From Octopus vulgaris (taxonomy: Eukaryota), in NCBI GenBank assembly GCA_951406725.2, contig OX597822.1, positions 54,684,001-54,748,000 on the forward strand: a stretch of 64,000 nt of DNA, read 5' to 3'. Below are positions 12,125 through 26,088 of the stretch, in pieces. The position numbers and the translations under genes were made by a program. How positions within the stretch are numbered: position 1 is the stretch's first letter; every line of letters starts with the position of its first letter. The notes below the pieces were generated by a model. It had not been told where the DNA came from, did no database searches, and saw only the letters and a program-made list of their open reading frames with translations.

Positions 12125-13437
12125 TACATATAAGTATGTGTGTAGGGGGTGTATCACTTTTTTCAAGGTTTGGAGAAACGATTAAATTTGTCATGTTTTT
12201 ATGTTACAGTGTATGTTGGCTAGCCATATGCCACATGATGGCAGTGGATGCTAAAGTATCTCATATAGAGGGTTGCCTAGGATGACCCGAGCAAATACTG
12301 ACAATGGTGGACGCAGCAATACACTGCAATGACACATGCTCCCATACCTGACCTTACTTATTGTATATAATGGATTTTTATTCGTCTTGATGGCTATTCC
12401 AAATACCAGTAAATATCTTTTACTGTTTTCCTATATACCGGGGGTGACAAGTCTTGTCTAAGTATGTGGTTGGCTGTAAGTATATAACATTGATAAGGCC
12501 TACTGAGGCGGAAATGCCTCTAGTGCTCTCATCAACTGCTTTTTTTTTCTCTCTTTCCAATATGTATTGTGTTTTTAAAAACAGTAAAATCATAAGAGAT
12601 GCTATCTGTTTGACAAATAATGCAGTAAATTTACCATTCAACAATGTCTTTATGTTAAGTATGATATATTGAAGGCTATTTTTAACCTAATACAGCTTTT
12701 GTTGCTTATAACTGATATTTGTGTGGGAGGAGGGTTGTGTGTATGTCCAACTCATGCCAGCATGGAAAACAGAGATTAAATGATAATGATATATAATGTG
12801 TATGTACACACACACATGTCTGTGTGTATGTCATACACTATAACTAGTTATTGTTCTATGTAGCAGTTTGTACAGGTTTTGCCAGTTCATCTTGTGTTGT
12901 TGGATGCGGTGTAGATGGTGTTGATAAAGCTAAATACCCATGTGATGGGGATGGTGTTTGTGAAGCTATTCACATTGCTTGCAATAGTGATGGTGAAGAT
13001 GATGGTGGTACTGGTGATCATGGTGATGAGGATGTTGGTGATGGTGAAGTTAATTACTCAATGCTGACAGATGATTAAAAGTCTCATTTGCTCCAACTCT
13101 CTTCCTAGCTGTTTACGCATGTTGATAACCAAAATCCCTGCTACTAATCTGAGAATGAAGGAGTGTTGAAAAGGTTTAAACTCCTCTACCCCAGCCTACC
13201 ATTCTCCTCTCTCCTCCTCCAAAGACTACACATGCAACTTTTACAACATTTATAACACCCAAAACTCACATGCGCTCTTATGCTCTTGGTTAAGGTCACC
13301 ACACACCCACGCTGAAAACATGTAAGCATAACAATATCACACATAACACCATTGAAAACTGAAAGTGAGTGAACCTCTTCATGGCTGCTTGAGTGCTAGA
13401 AATGACAGCAAAATTTTCCTCACATAAGCCCCTTAAT

Positions 13438-13667
13438 TTTACCTTTTAGCATTTAAACTGGCCATGTCTGGCCCCAAATAATATTCCTGTTCTGTGGTCA
13501 GATCAGTCAGATCCAACTTCTCACATCTACTCTACAATGTCCTTCTAAATTTAAAAAAATCACAGCATGGAAATCTCAAAGCTACCAGATTATGCGCGAT
13601 TAATTGAAAACAATGTGAATAAATAAGCAATACATTTGACAGAGAAACCTGAAAGCTGATGGGCTAA
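13438..13667. mobile_element. Degenerate MITE, possibly piggyBac-type (TTAA)
   Basis: Ends tttaccttttagcattt / aaagctgatgggctaa resemble ttaaccctttagcatt / aatgctaaagggttaa; partial second copy at ~40746-40850. Confidence 0.4.
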
Positions 13668-14069
13668 AGGAAAAAAGGGAATAGGTTGGAATTATGGTCA
13701 CAGGTAAAGCATACACAATATACAAAGATGGGATGGTCAGGACTAAAACACATTTTGATCATAGATCTGCTAGATTAGAACTGACATAATCCTAAATGTC
13801 AACAACAATACAGCTTAGCTATTAATGAACAAAACTAAATAATTAAAGTATAAAATTGGATTGGATTGCTCGTGTTCAGTCTATGGGAGAATGAAGGCCT
13901 CAGCATGTTCTCTCCACCAACCACGGTCAGATGTGGATACTATGAATTTGAGCTTGAGATCATACTGGTTTGATGAGTCTACTCTGCCACACTGGCTCAA
14001 CATGGCTTGGCAGAAGGATGCAGTTTTTTTCATAATCATGCCCAGGAGTAGTTAGGTCAATAAAATCAA

Positions 14070-14248
14070 TTATATTCATTACATTAACCCCAGTGCTCAA
14101 TTGGCACTTATTCTATCATCGATCCCAAAAGGATGAAAAGCAAAGCTGACCTTGGTAGAGCTTGAACTCAGTTCAGAACATGAAAATGGATGAAATACCA
14201 TTAAGCATTTTGCCTGGCATGCTAATGATTCTGCCAGCTTACCGCCTT
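14070..14248 (-). mobile_element. SINE family B copy
   Basis: ggatgaaaagcaaagctgacc...ttgaactcag...gctaatgattctgccagcttaccgcc (head, reverse complemented). Confidence 0.8.
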
Positions 14249-14564
14249 AATTAAAATTTAGTTACTAATAATTACTAAAATGTCGATATTGTTTATATAA
14301 ATCAATTACCCTCAGTCTCTTGCATACAGAGACATCACATTCCATTCTTTGTTTTCTTCAGAAGAGAAGTGGAAAACAGCCAAAATCTTTGCAAGCCTCC
14401 CTAATATGGTAATGAAATTGTTGTTTAGCTCCAAATCAGCTCTGATTAAGTAGACCTATGATCAAAAATGCTTCAGCCATAATCTTCACATCTTTCATTC
14501 AAACAGATACTGTGTATTACATACTATATTATACAATGTAGACTTATATACCGTTGACTTCATG

Positions 14565-14922
14565 AATGCACTCATTGTAGCCCAAAAGAAAATGAAACAG
14601 ATCATGCTCAGCATCACACTGCAAGACAAGAAAATGAAAGCTTGGATTTGACAGCATATTAGAGTCAGTGACATCATAAGAACAAACAGAACAAATATAG
14701 ATGAGCTGGTCACATTGTGCAATTGAAGGACAACAGATAGACAATCAGGGTGATGGAATAGACACCAAGACAATGGAGGCTGACCAAAGACAAGATGGCA
14801 AGATGATCTCACTCATTACCTGGAGCCTACACGGCCATGACTGGCTAGGAACAGATAGTGGTGGAAGGAGCCGAAGGAGGGGTTCCTCTTTCAGGAGCAA
14901 TGAAGCTTTGGTTGAGGTTGAG
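14565..14922 (+). pseudogene. RTE-clade LINE 3' end (decayed ORF C-terminus)
   Basis: Frames give VAQKKMKQIMLSITLQDKKMKAWI*QHIRVSDII, AGHIVQLKDNR*TIRVME*TPR and G*PKTRWQDDL, matching the RTE C-terminal WAGH..R..DNRW / GRPKTRW motifs; short gttgag-repeat tail. Confidence 0.8.
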
Positions 14923-17285
14923 ACTTAGATATCTGCTTGTTTATGTTGACAGAATGGATTTAATCTCCTTCTTGACCATGTTTCTTATGAAATATTTTAC
15001 TTGTGTGTGTCTATTACTTTTGAAAGTAATTAGGAATTTGGAGAAGGTTAGGTAAAATAACTTTTTCATTATTAAAACGCACATATAGGAATGCACCTTA
15101 CAAGTTATTGACTTAACATTGGAGTGGAAGATTTTTAGTTTAAATAAGAACATTTTAAAATGAGAAATTTTATATGATGGAACCATAGATGGTATTGGCT
15201 GTTTTTGTATAGAAAAGGTTAAGGGAAACCCAGGTGCTATTTCTGGCTGGTTGCAAGAGCATGTGGGTTCAACTCTGATAAGACCATTATTCTCATATCA
15301 GTAATAACAAAAATACTAGACATAGTTATCATGTTCCTATACACTATAACTAACTTCCATGAGCACACTTTCTGACAAACCTTCGAAGGTGAATACTGGT
15401 ACCACAACTTTCTATTAAATTATGGGAGTTAATTACTCAGAGGTATCATCTACATGAAAAATAATAAGGCTAATGTAGTATTAAAAATGTTATTATAGAT
15501 ACTTATGTGGTGAGGAAATTATATTACTCAATAACTAATATTATTTTAATCATTACAACAAATGTAGGTGATAACTTTGATCATGTTTCAGCTTTATTAT
15601 ACCTCTTTATAGAAGCACAAACTCCTTTGTAATTGATGATTAAGCAGAAGCAATATTGTAACTACTTGATCATGGCCAAAATTTCTTTGCTCCTTAAGAA
15701 CCATTGTAACCTCACTAGGTATGTCCACTGCAAGATATTGTCAAATGAGTATCAATTCAAGTGGGCTCTGTGCAGTTATTTGACCTGCTAAAAATTGCAA
15801 CTAATTTCCTTCAAATTCCATCCTACCATTTTATAAAAGGTAGGACACACTGGATAATGTAATCCTAGATAGAATATCTCTGAAATAAAGATGTGGGCAT
15901 TACTTGAAAGCCTTTGATTATAAGTCTTCTCAGTCAGGGTGACATATGGCTAAACAATACCCCAAACATAGAAAAATTCTTGAACCCAAATATACATAAC
16001 AAATAGCAAATTCTCAAGACTCCAGGAAGGAATGCAGACATAAGACGTGCTAAAGAATTGTCCTTTTATTTGTTTCCTTCAACATTTTAACTTGCCTGTA
16101 AATTCCTCTTTATTACATAATCGCAACCAAGGCAACAGAAAACAACTTGATATTTATGCACGACACTCCGCTTATAGCACCAGCCACCTTGTCTTCCCAT
16201 TAGAGAATTTCTTGTGTAGGTGTGAAGATTCCAGTTTATACATGAACATTAATTGGTTAAATTATAAGTGTATGAGCCTTCCTCAAGGGTATTAGCAACA
16301 TAAATGAATTCAATTTTGGGGTGATAGGAAGGTTCAAATTTATATAGTATAAAGTTCAACAAGAATTTGTCATAATATGTTGAAGCAAAATGGCTGGAGG
16401 GATAGAAGAGATAAAACCCACTTAAGGGTGGTTGGTCATACGCATTACTCAGTTTAACACTTTATACAGAGTGGGGGCAGAAGGATTCTTCATACACTAC
16501 TCTATTGTAAACGCTTGGATTAAGCTCTTACTTCACTTTCCCTTCTCCTCCAGGTTCTCTTCCACCCTAACTATTTCCTACAGATGCTCATCATCATCAT
16601 CAAAGGTGTCATTTTAATGTCTGTTTTTTCCCTGCATGGATCACATAGAAGATAGTTGGCGGCAGAGAGTTTTCTATGACCAGATGTCCTTCCTGTTGCC
16701 AGTCTCCATTTGTTAGAGATAGGAGAAAAGGTAGATGTAGGGAATGATGTACAAAAGTGGAGGTGTGGTTGATAGTAAATATCAGTATGAGGTGGGGGTG
16801 AAGTTAAAGAAATACCCCAGGAAGGAGAAGGTGGTAAGTGACAGTACAGGAAAGGTGGAAAGCAGCAGTACAGTGAACCATTTATAGATAGATCAGAAAA
16901 TGGGGAGATGATGTGCAAGGTGAAAGAGCATGTGGAAGAGAGAGAGAGAGATGTACAGGGATAGAGATGGAGAGTGTATATTTTATTAATAGCAAATGGC
17001 CTTATAGAAAGTTTAATCAACTGGGCTTGTGAAACGGATTAGCTCTTTGTTGGGCATTGTGTGGGTGTACACACATTCATATTATATATATATATATTTG
17101 ATTTGAAAACCCCACTGGAATGGGAGAAAGCGCTAATAATCCGAATGATATGATCTGAATGATATGATATATATATATGTAAAAAATGTAATATATAAAT
17201 AAATATCTATAAATATGAACCATCCGATCTGATTACCTCATTTTTTCTAATATATAATACCTGTACATCATCTCCAAACCTTCCA

Positions 17286-17320
<35 letters not shown>

Positions 17321-17794
17321 CATTAGCCACACACATATATGTGATTAGACCTGATATATTGAATGAAAATATCCACAGAATAAATCAGTTCTGTAGGTTG
17401 ATGATTGATAAAATATACACAATAATAAAGTCATACATGCACTGCATGTGTGTACATGTGCATACACAAACACACACAATTATACTTACATATATAAACA
17501 AGTATACTTGCTTGCACACTGGTATGCACATCTACAACTTTACATACACAACATACTCACGCAACATAAACAACATCTTGTTTTCCAAATCTGTTATTGG
17601 TTTTTGAAGTGAAGTCTATTTTTATTTATTTACTTACTCAGTAAGGTTAACAATTTTCTCTTGACAAATAACCTTTTCTTTCTTCTTTTTCCCTTTTTAA
17701 TTTTTAAATGTTAAGAACGAATGAAATACACTTAGAAGGTTAAGCTATATATTTACATAATACATACAATGTAATATCTATATGAGTGTAGGTA

Positions 17795-17841
<47 letters not shown>

Positions 17842-17843
<2 letters not shown>

Positions 17844-18152
17844 AAGGCACATAGCTCAGAGGTAAGTGTTGGGCTCATGATCAAAAGGTGGTGAGCTTGA
17901 ATCTCAGACAGAGCTGAGTGTTGCGTTCTTGAGCAAGACACTTTATTTCACGTTGCTCCAGATCGCTCAGCTATAGAAATGAGTTGCGACGTCACTGGAG
18001 CCAAGTTGTATTGGCATTTGCCTTTCTCTTGGAGAACATCAGTGGCATGGAGAGGAGAGGCTGGTGTGCATGAGTGACTGTCTACTGGTCTTCTATAAAC
18101 AACCTTGCATGGAATTGTGCCTCATTCATGACTGAAGGGGATTTATACCCTT
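17842..18152 (+). mobile_element. tRNA-derived CORE-type SINE
   Basis: Head tagctcagaggtaag...gagcttgaatctc, then CORE-like gttcttgagcaagacactttatttcacgttgctccag; partial related copy at ~22150-22330. Confidence 0.7.
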
Positions 18153-20299
18153 TTATGTGTATATATGTATGTTTATATATATATATAATATGAAATGGAT
18201 CTTGGTTGAAATTTCTTATTATGAATGTTTGATTCTTCAATGAACTAAACCACTTGCTCTTTCAATAAGCATATAAGGTGCTGAGTATTCCAGACTTAGT
18301 GTACCCTTAGTGTGAGCCCTCAGATAGAATCAGCTTAATACAGTGTGAAAATGTTGGACCTTTGAATTACAAACTCAATCAACAAGATGGGCTTCTATAC
18401 AGTTTCCATCTCAGTTTCACTCACAAGGTTTGGGCCAACCTGAGTCTAGAGAAAAATTACATTTGTCCAAGAGGTCACACCATGGAATTGAAACCAGGGT
18501 CACATGTTTGTGAAGCAAACCTTTTAACCATTTAGCCAAACTGCGCCTGCTTCTATGTGTGTGTGTGTGTGTGTGTGCATTTGTGAAGGCACAGGGTGTA
18601 GCGACTTGGGTGTTGAATATTCTATGCAGTAATGTTCTTCAAATGAGGAAAATCTTTAGAGCTCATCCAAATTTTCGATTTTGTTGCATTGTTTCCTAAA
18701 GAATGTAGTAATCGAAGCATCAAGAATTATTAACAATAAACTTTGCAGGCTTAACTAAACAACACTGATTGTGCCTGTTTCCAATTATGATGCACATTTT
18801 TTTTTCTTTTCTGTTTTTTTTTTGTTTTTTTTTTGTGAAAATATAAACATGTTGCAAATAGTTATATGAAGCACTGGAAAAGTATGTGGATGAAATGCTT
18901 CAAAAATTTCTTCAATTGAATAAACGGAAGACCCAGTAAATAAGACTTATGTAATTGAAAGAGAGGAAAATACAAGTTATTTATCTGGGGTTGCCAGTAA
19001 CAGTTGCCAGGTTGTTATAAGCATGAGCTGTTGAAACATGATAACTACCACTACCTGGTCAAAATCACCAGCTCGAAATTCTCCATGTGTTTTGCAAAGA
19101 AATTTTACAGTTTATTTTTTGATGAGATATTTATATACATTTCACTGTATGTTGATTGAAATGCTAAAAATTATCTGACTCTAAAATAGAAATTGTTTAA
19201 AATTCATTTGAAAAAGCAACTGTCTTCAGACCATATTCCATGCTTTACATCACGATGTTAAAGTAGGATATCTTTCATTAAATTTCTTTTCATTTTCATT
19301 TCTAAGGCAGTTTTATTTCTGTTTTTTTGTTAGTATCAGGCCTGATGGTTCTTCAACTCTGTATTTGCTTGTAAATTGTTGGAGAAGGTATTTTTACTAT
19401 TAGATTTGCCTATCCTTCTGTAGACTTCTTGTGGAAACATAGTTTGAATACACTCTTACTTTATGGCTTTGTTTTTTAAAGATTGGCACGTTTAATACAA
19501 AATTAGCTTTAAATATTAAGAAATTATGTTCAGTGGTTATATTTTCCCCCAAGCTAATATTTACAATTCACTATATATTTGCAATTCACTATCAGAATAC
19601 AATACACACATTAGATTTTAACCAATCTAAATTGGTGACATCAGAAAGCAAACAAGGAATGTAGTACTATAAAAGCTTGAAGTTGAAGAACAAGTTTATT
19701 CTGGCACAGAATAGTACAAAAAAGCAATATAATTTATTCCAGTCTTACAGTGTACAACACAATTCTGGTGCTATGATAAAATGTATCCAGTACACTCTGT
19801 AAAATGGTTGGTGTTTGGTAGAGCTTCATGCCATAAGAGTTATATCAAAAATTAAATGTGTGATCAAGATATGGTCTTCTGATTTATCTAAGAGGATTGT
19901 AACTCTGAATAAGGACTGTGACCATGGTGACTTTTCCAACCCACAATTGTATGGAATGTAGATGTAAAATGATAATGATGTTGATGAAAAATTTATCATT
20001 CATTTAAAGCAATAGAATAAAAGCTACTTCTAAAATTTATCATTGATTGAAAAAATATATTTAAATTCAGTCTGATTTATTTTTCTTTTAGATATGGCTC
20101 AGTCAAAAGATAGAAGACAGCTTCTATGATCTTTTTGTGGAACCTCTTAGAGAATTAGATGAAAAAAGGGGAAGAAACCAAAACTGGAGACCTGATCCAC
20201 ATGCTTGCACCAATGTTGACTATACTGGCTAGCATCAAATGGTGAGGTGGTGGTGTTAAATACTTTCTTAAGAACAGGTTTAGTACTACAGGGATATGA

Positions 20300-20703
20300 T
20301 TAGAATACTGCATAAAGAGCTGCAAAACACATTCTTTAATCCAAACCAATTGGCAGGAGACCTAAGAATAGACCAAAAATGAAATGGCTGGATAGTATAC
20401 ATAGTCACAGTTGGTCACACTTTGTGATCCAGCTGGAAAGTCTAATGACAGTTGTTTTTGACAAGACCCTGTAGAAGTGGTGCCTGAAAACTCTACTCCA
20501 ATGGACTAGCATAGCTAGTGGGGTGTGGTAGGGGCTGTCCACCCTGGGCAGCACTTTTGGGTCTGCTCTAGGCAATTTGTGTTTTTTGTGGGGTCCAGGG
20601 GTGGCAAACGGAAAGGCTACCACAAGTGTCACACACTCTAGCTATGCTAATGCTCCAATGGCCATCCCAGGAATGGTGAGCGGAAAGATGGATGGATGGA
20701 TGG
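20300..20703 (+). pseudogene. RTE (Expander/Rex3-like) LINE 3' end interrupted by a MITE
   Basis: KPIGRRPKNRPKMKWLDSI...KTLLQW|PSQEW*AERWMDG followed by a (GATG)n tail. Confidence 0.75.
20504..20652. mobile_element. hAT MITE nested in the RTE remnant
   Basis: TIRs gactagcatagctag / ctagctatgctaatg; perfect 8-bp TSD ctccaatg at 20496-20503 and 20653-20660. Confidence 0.85.
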
Positions 20704-21689
20704 TTTAAGATATTTTGAGATTATGGGGAAGCCACTTGTCAAACATGCTAAGATTTCAAATTGAGCTTAAAACTCATAACTTTGCTTGTGCCCTCTTTGC
20801 AAACTATTCCACTACTTTGGAGTCAAAGACAGTAAGAATAGAATTAGAAAATGCTCCAACAAATATCCTCTATAAGTTTGTGGTAAAGAAATTTACAGTT
20901 AAAATGTGAAGTATTATCTCAAAGATGCTTGATAATTTCTCTCAAGTTGTGTTATGTCCCTTGTACAATAATACTAAATAAAATTTTTCTTTGGAGATTC
21001 CAAATGCTTCTTCTTTCTTGAGGCTCATCTCAAATTTAAAAGACTTTGGTATACTTTAAATTTTAAAAACTAAATTATATGTAATTGCATTCTCTGAAAT
21101 ATTTCTTGACTTTGGGATAATTTTCTATACAAATTCAATTTCCTTGAACTAAATGTAATTACAATAAGTAAGTCACGAAACTATTAATTCTCTCAGGAAG
21201 CATTTTCTATATCTTTAACTGATATATGAAAATGGCATTTGGTTGTTATTGTTTAGCCCCAGGTCAACCCTGAACAAGCATATCCATAATTAAAGCTAAT
21301 TCTGATGTCACTAACCCTTCTGTCATTTTAGAAATATTTAGAAATATATTATCCTCCTCTTTTTAAAGGTGAAACAATGTGAATTTGGGGGATATTTTGC
21401 TGTTTTTCTTGTAAGATGAGTTTGTAGAGGTTACCTTGTCATAGTATTAAGTGGGGTTAAATTGCCAGCATGCTAAGTCTAAATCCTAATTTGTATTCCA
21501 GTTGCCACCATTTTATTATATGACTTAAATATTCTTAAAAACAGCATGAACAGCACATACTCTTATTTCCTCATATTCTACTCTTAAAACACTTTGTGCT
21601 TATTGAAGAAATATTGACACATGTATCAGTATTCTGATGAACATTAGCATGGGTTGAATGAGGTTGCAAATTCAAACATTTTCTGGGGT

Positions 21690-21889
21690 GGGGGACTGAA
21701 AAGTTCCTGACTTTGAGTAAAAGAAAATACAGGAGGATCAGTTGATTATAATTTTATTGAACATATTCCCCTCTCAGATTCACACACTTATTGCTGCAGT
21801 CCTTCAGTTTTTCTAAGCCCTGTAAAAGAACTCGGAAGATTGGGCCTTAAGCAATACCCTTAAAGCTGAGAACTTAAGCACCTCTCATA
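21690..21889. mobile_element. Mariner-derived MITE remnant
   Basis: gggggactgaaaagttcctgacttt ... aaagctgagaacttaagcacctctcata resemble degenerate mariner-type TIRs ending at TA. Confidence 0.5.
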
Positions 21890-23654
21890 CACGAACTGAA
21901 CAAGCATTTTCTTCTTTTTTCTTTTGTATTGTTTTCTTTTCCAAACGGCATACAGGTACAATACCAACCTTCCAAACACTGAGTCTGGAACCACTTCATA
22001 ATCCACACTCATTTATGAGCAAAATCTCCAAATTCTTATGATCATCAGACTAGTTTACTGGATGGTCCTGTCTCACAACACCTTGCACAGTACAGTATTA
22101 ATAAACTTGTATCATTTACACTAATGAACAGTTCCTAAACTGAGTAATGAATTGTGTTCTTGAGCAATACACTTCATTTCATGTTATTCCAGTCCACTCA
22201 GCATCCAATTCAGGGAGGAGTATATATACCAGAGAAACTGGGAAACTGGCCCTATGCTCCTTACAAACCAATGTGGATTAACCATTCTTGAAATAGAAGT
22301 AAACTATTCTCTTTTTAGTTCTGGTACCAGAATGCTTTGCAGGATTATCGGTTACCATTGGTCAGATTTCATATCTACTCAGAAACTGGAATGTGACCTG
22401 TCAATTGTAAGTTTTGCAAGTGCCAGCTCAGACTGTTCATTTTGCTCAATTTTCTGTGTTAGATCCTTCTTTCTGTCTTCCCTTCACTGAGGATGTGACT
22501 GGGCTGGGCTGGTGGTTCATGTTGGTTGACCACATGTCACATGGTCACACCAGATGAAGAGGTGTCTGTCAGAGATGGTGGCAGACTGGAACTCTACTCA
22601 GTGGGTCAAGAATACACTGTCATATGATGATTGCAGCAACATGCTACAATAGCACTTGCCCCCACACCCAACTTGATCTGACCTATAAATCATTGTCCTC
22701 GGCATCATTTAACATCCATATTCCATGGGTTGAATGGTTTGACAGATTCTAACAGGTCAGAAGGCTGTGCCATGCTCAATGTCTTCTTTGGCATAGATTC
22801 ATAACTAAATGCTCTTCCTAATGCCAACCACTTAGCAGAGTGTACAGGGTGCTTTTTCATGTCACTGACACTAGTGAAACAACCAATTTATATTTTGGTT
22901 TTGGAATGCTCCAGGTATATTTTCAAAGATTGTTTTAAAACTTGAACTATCACATCATGTGTTGGTACTGTTTTTCATTATTCCATCTATTTAAGGGTGG
23001 TAGATAAACAGATTCATTAGTGTCAATAAAAATCTTTTGTGATATTTCTTCTGACTTGCTACATTCTGAGTTCAAATCCTGCCAAATTTACCTATGCCTT
23101 TCATCCCTCTGGGTTTGATAAAATAAAATACTGTCTTCCTCCCATTAAAACAACTGGCCCTGTGCCTAAATTAAAAACATTTATTCTTTTTGTATTAATT
23201 TATTTATTTGTAGAAAATCCCATAGTATGATGTTAACATGGTTTTTATTTGCTAGTGCTAAAGTCCATAGGAAAGGCATGATCTTCACAAAACCATATTG
23301 CTTTCCTATCATATGTCTGTAAAGAATAACACAATTATTGCACTACCCTGTATGTGGTGGCTTGACATCCTAGAAATAAAGGCCAATTCTCCTTCAAATC
23401 ATACCTTGCCCTCTTAGAAGAAAATGAGGTAAGAGTATGGATTAGATAGTGTAGTTCTAGCTATGCTATGCTATTGGAATATTTAGTTTTGTAACATTAT
23501 TCTGGGTTCAAAAACTACCTTTGGTGTAGGTTAATAAAATATGTAGCAGTTATGAACTGGAATTGATTCAGTTCATTATTCTCCCTCTTTCCTTTTTGTG
23601 GTTGCCTCAGAAATCAGTATTCCGAGGTGTTATATGTTGCATGTTGTTCTTGTA

Positions 23655-24060
23655 ATTGTTTAGCTCCATGTCAACCCTAATCTGCTAGACATAAGGTCAG
23701 AACCATTCGGCAGTGCCTGTCCTGCCTTTTTGTACATCAATGATTGTCCAATGTATCCTTTCCATTTTTTTGAAGATGATAGGGTGTAATAGGAAGGAAA
23801 CTTGGCTGCTTCTTAGCAGGTTAACTGGCCATGTAAAGGCTCCCTTGTTGATTTGGTGAGTGTTGGTACTGTATCCCAGGTTATTCCTATAATCAAAGAC
23901 ATTCTATCCATGACCATCTCATCTTTTCAGAAGTATATTTTTGACTACATTCACTGATGCATTCTTTATTTTTTTTTAAGACAGTAGAATGTGACTTGAA
24001 GGTGATTTGATGTTTTTGTGTAGGTTGACTAACCATGTAGTGGTTCTCCCATTGGCTCAG
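23655..24060 (+). repeat. Old unclassified ~200 bp interspersed repeat (family D), two adjacent copies
   Basis: Motifs ttgtttagcc..gtcaaccct..gagcagacctatgatcaaa ... taagatggtagggtgt.atttgag.gaaa.ttggctgctatttctagcagg recur at ~8855, 10660, 10845, 14420, 21245, 28505, 33605 and 57710, and reversed at ~13360, 15760, 23350 and 59925. Confidence 0.75.
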
Positions 24061-25676
24061 TGCCTGACATGCTAGCAGACTTGGCAGAGGAGTGAGTTAT
24101 GTTCCAAGTTCAAATTCCACTGCAGGTGTCTGTTAGTAGGAGGCATTAAGCTGAATCAGTAGAATAAAATAAATTTAAATATTACAAGGCTTAACCAAGT
24201 AATAAGAATATAAGCATATTGTATGCTTTTCATGTGCAAAAAACATATTCCTTGTATGCTTTTGCTGTGCCAAAAACAAACAAAAAATCAAAAATAGAGT
24301 TGTGGGGAGTCATCTATTGGACCATTTCAAAAATAGTGGGGGGAGTTATCTGCTGGACCATTTCATGGTTTCTTCAGAGAACGCCATACCAGGTTTCTTT
24401 TTGCAGTTGACAGTGTAGAATATTCAAGCAGTCATAAATTAGGCTATGACTGTAGTGGATAGCTTAATTTACATATTTGCAGTTTCAACACTTTGTTGTT
24501 ATATTGCTTATGCGCAAAACAACATGAATCAGGCCTAAAATAAACTTAAATATAAAGCTTAGCTGTAGGAAAAATTAGAAAATAAGTACATTCTGTCTGT
24601 GCCTTTGATGTGCAGAGAAATGAATAAAGGTAAGTCTTCTGCTGGGCCATTTCATGGCTTGTTGACTACTCTTCAGAGAAGACGTACCTGGTTTCTTTTC
24701 CCAGTCAACAGCGTACAATATTCAGTTGTTACATAAAGCAGTCATAAATTAAGTTATCACTATGTGGATAGCTTAATTTACACCAGAATTAATTTCATGT
24801 TCTGCCCTTCTGTCTCTGCAAATCTGCAAAAATTATCCTAATGCTCATTAAAAATAAAGCCAAAATGAAAGACAGAATAAAATTCAATAACAGCAAAACA
24901 ACCAATTTATTATTTCAAGCTGGTTAGTTTCAGAAAATCTTTAAATACATCTCTATTTTCATGTTTACCTCATTGCAAAATTTACATTCTTGAGATAAAC
25001 TTTAGGAAAATTCATTTTCTATAAATTTTACTTGTTCTTGCTCTTTTTTTTTCTTTAAAGTATTAAAGATTATTATTATTTTGGTTTTTTTTTAGTTCTT
25101 CTACTTCAGGACATTTTAAAGATTTTTGGGATTTGTGTTTTTTTTTTGGTTATCTTTATTTAAAATATTTCTGTTTTATTTATTTATTATTTCATTTTTG
25201 ATATTGTTTGAAAATATTTTTATATTTCTATCCACATTACAGCATCGTAGTATTAAATATGAGATTGTTTAACGTTATTTAAGTAGAAGTTGTGATGAGG
25301 AAAATGGAATGTTTTCAAGTTCTGAATATATTTCCTCCATTTGAATATTGGTTAAACACCTTAATGGCAGCAAAATTGTATTGTTTCACCAGTGCTTTTT
25401 CTTTTTTTTTTTAGTTCTTTTTTTTTTGTGGTGATGAGAGAGAGTTGTAATTTTTATATTTTTTATTTTTTTAATATATTTTTTTTTCTGGCATACATTA
25501 TGGGTTCATTGTAGTTTACTTCTTGCTGTCTGTTATATTTTTCTTATATATTTTACTGTGTGAGATGTGTTTGAGGGCATGGTATGTTCAAAAGTAAGCT
25601 TTTTAGTGTGTGTGTGTTTCTGTTGTGTGAGTATGCATATATATATATATATATACACATACTTACATACATATAA

Positions 25677-25756
<80 letters not shown>

Positions 25757-26046
25757 TTGGAAGCTCGCCATCAAAATAGTAACAGAGGTAGGGTGGAATA
25801 TTAATACTTTTTGTGATGGAAAGTATTTTTTTTTAAATATATATTTATTATATATTTATGATGATGATGATATATGAATGTGTGTATGTATGTATCTATC
25901 TGTCTGTTTCTCTCAATATATAAATGTGTGTGTGTGTGTATGTATGCTTGCCTATATCTATTCATATATATACTTATGTGTTTTCAACATATTTACGTAC
26001 ATTTAGCTATCTTTAATGATTCTTTACTTTTGTGATTATATCTATC

Positions 26047-26088
<42 letters not shown>

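Noticed and set aside
18680-18735. FPKECSNRSIK resembling PDE9 FSKYCNSSDI
   Set aside because: No splice donor before the stop codon; likely chance.
19334-19387. Candidate exon IRPDGSSTLYLLVNCWR
   Set aside because: Phase 2-2 is incompatible with the phase 1 acceptor at 39899; similarity to the PDE9 N-terminus is marginal.
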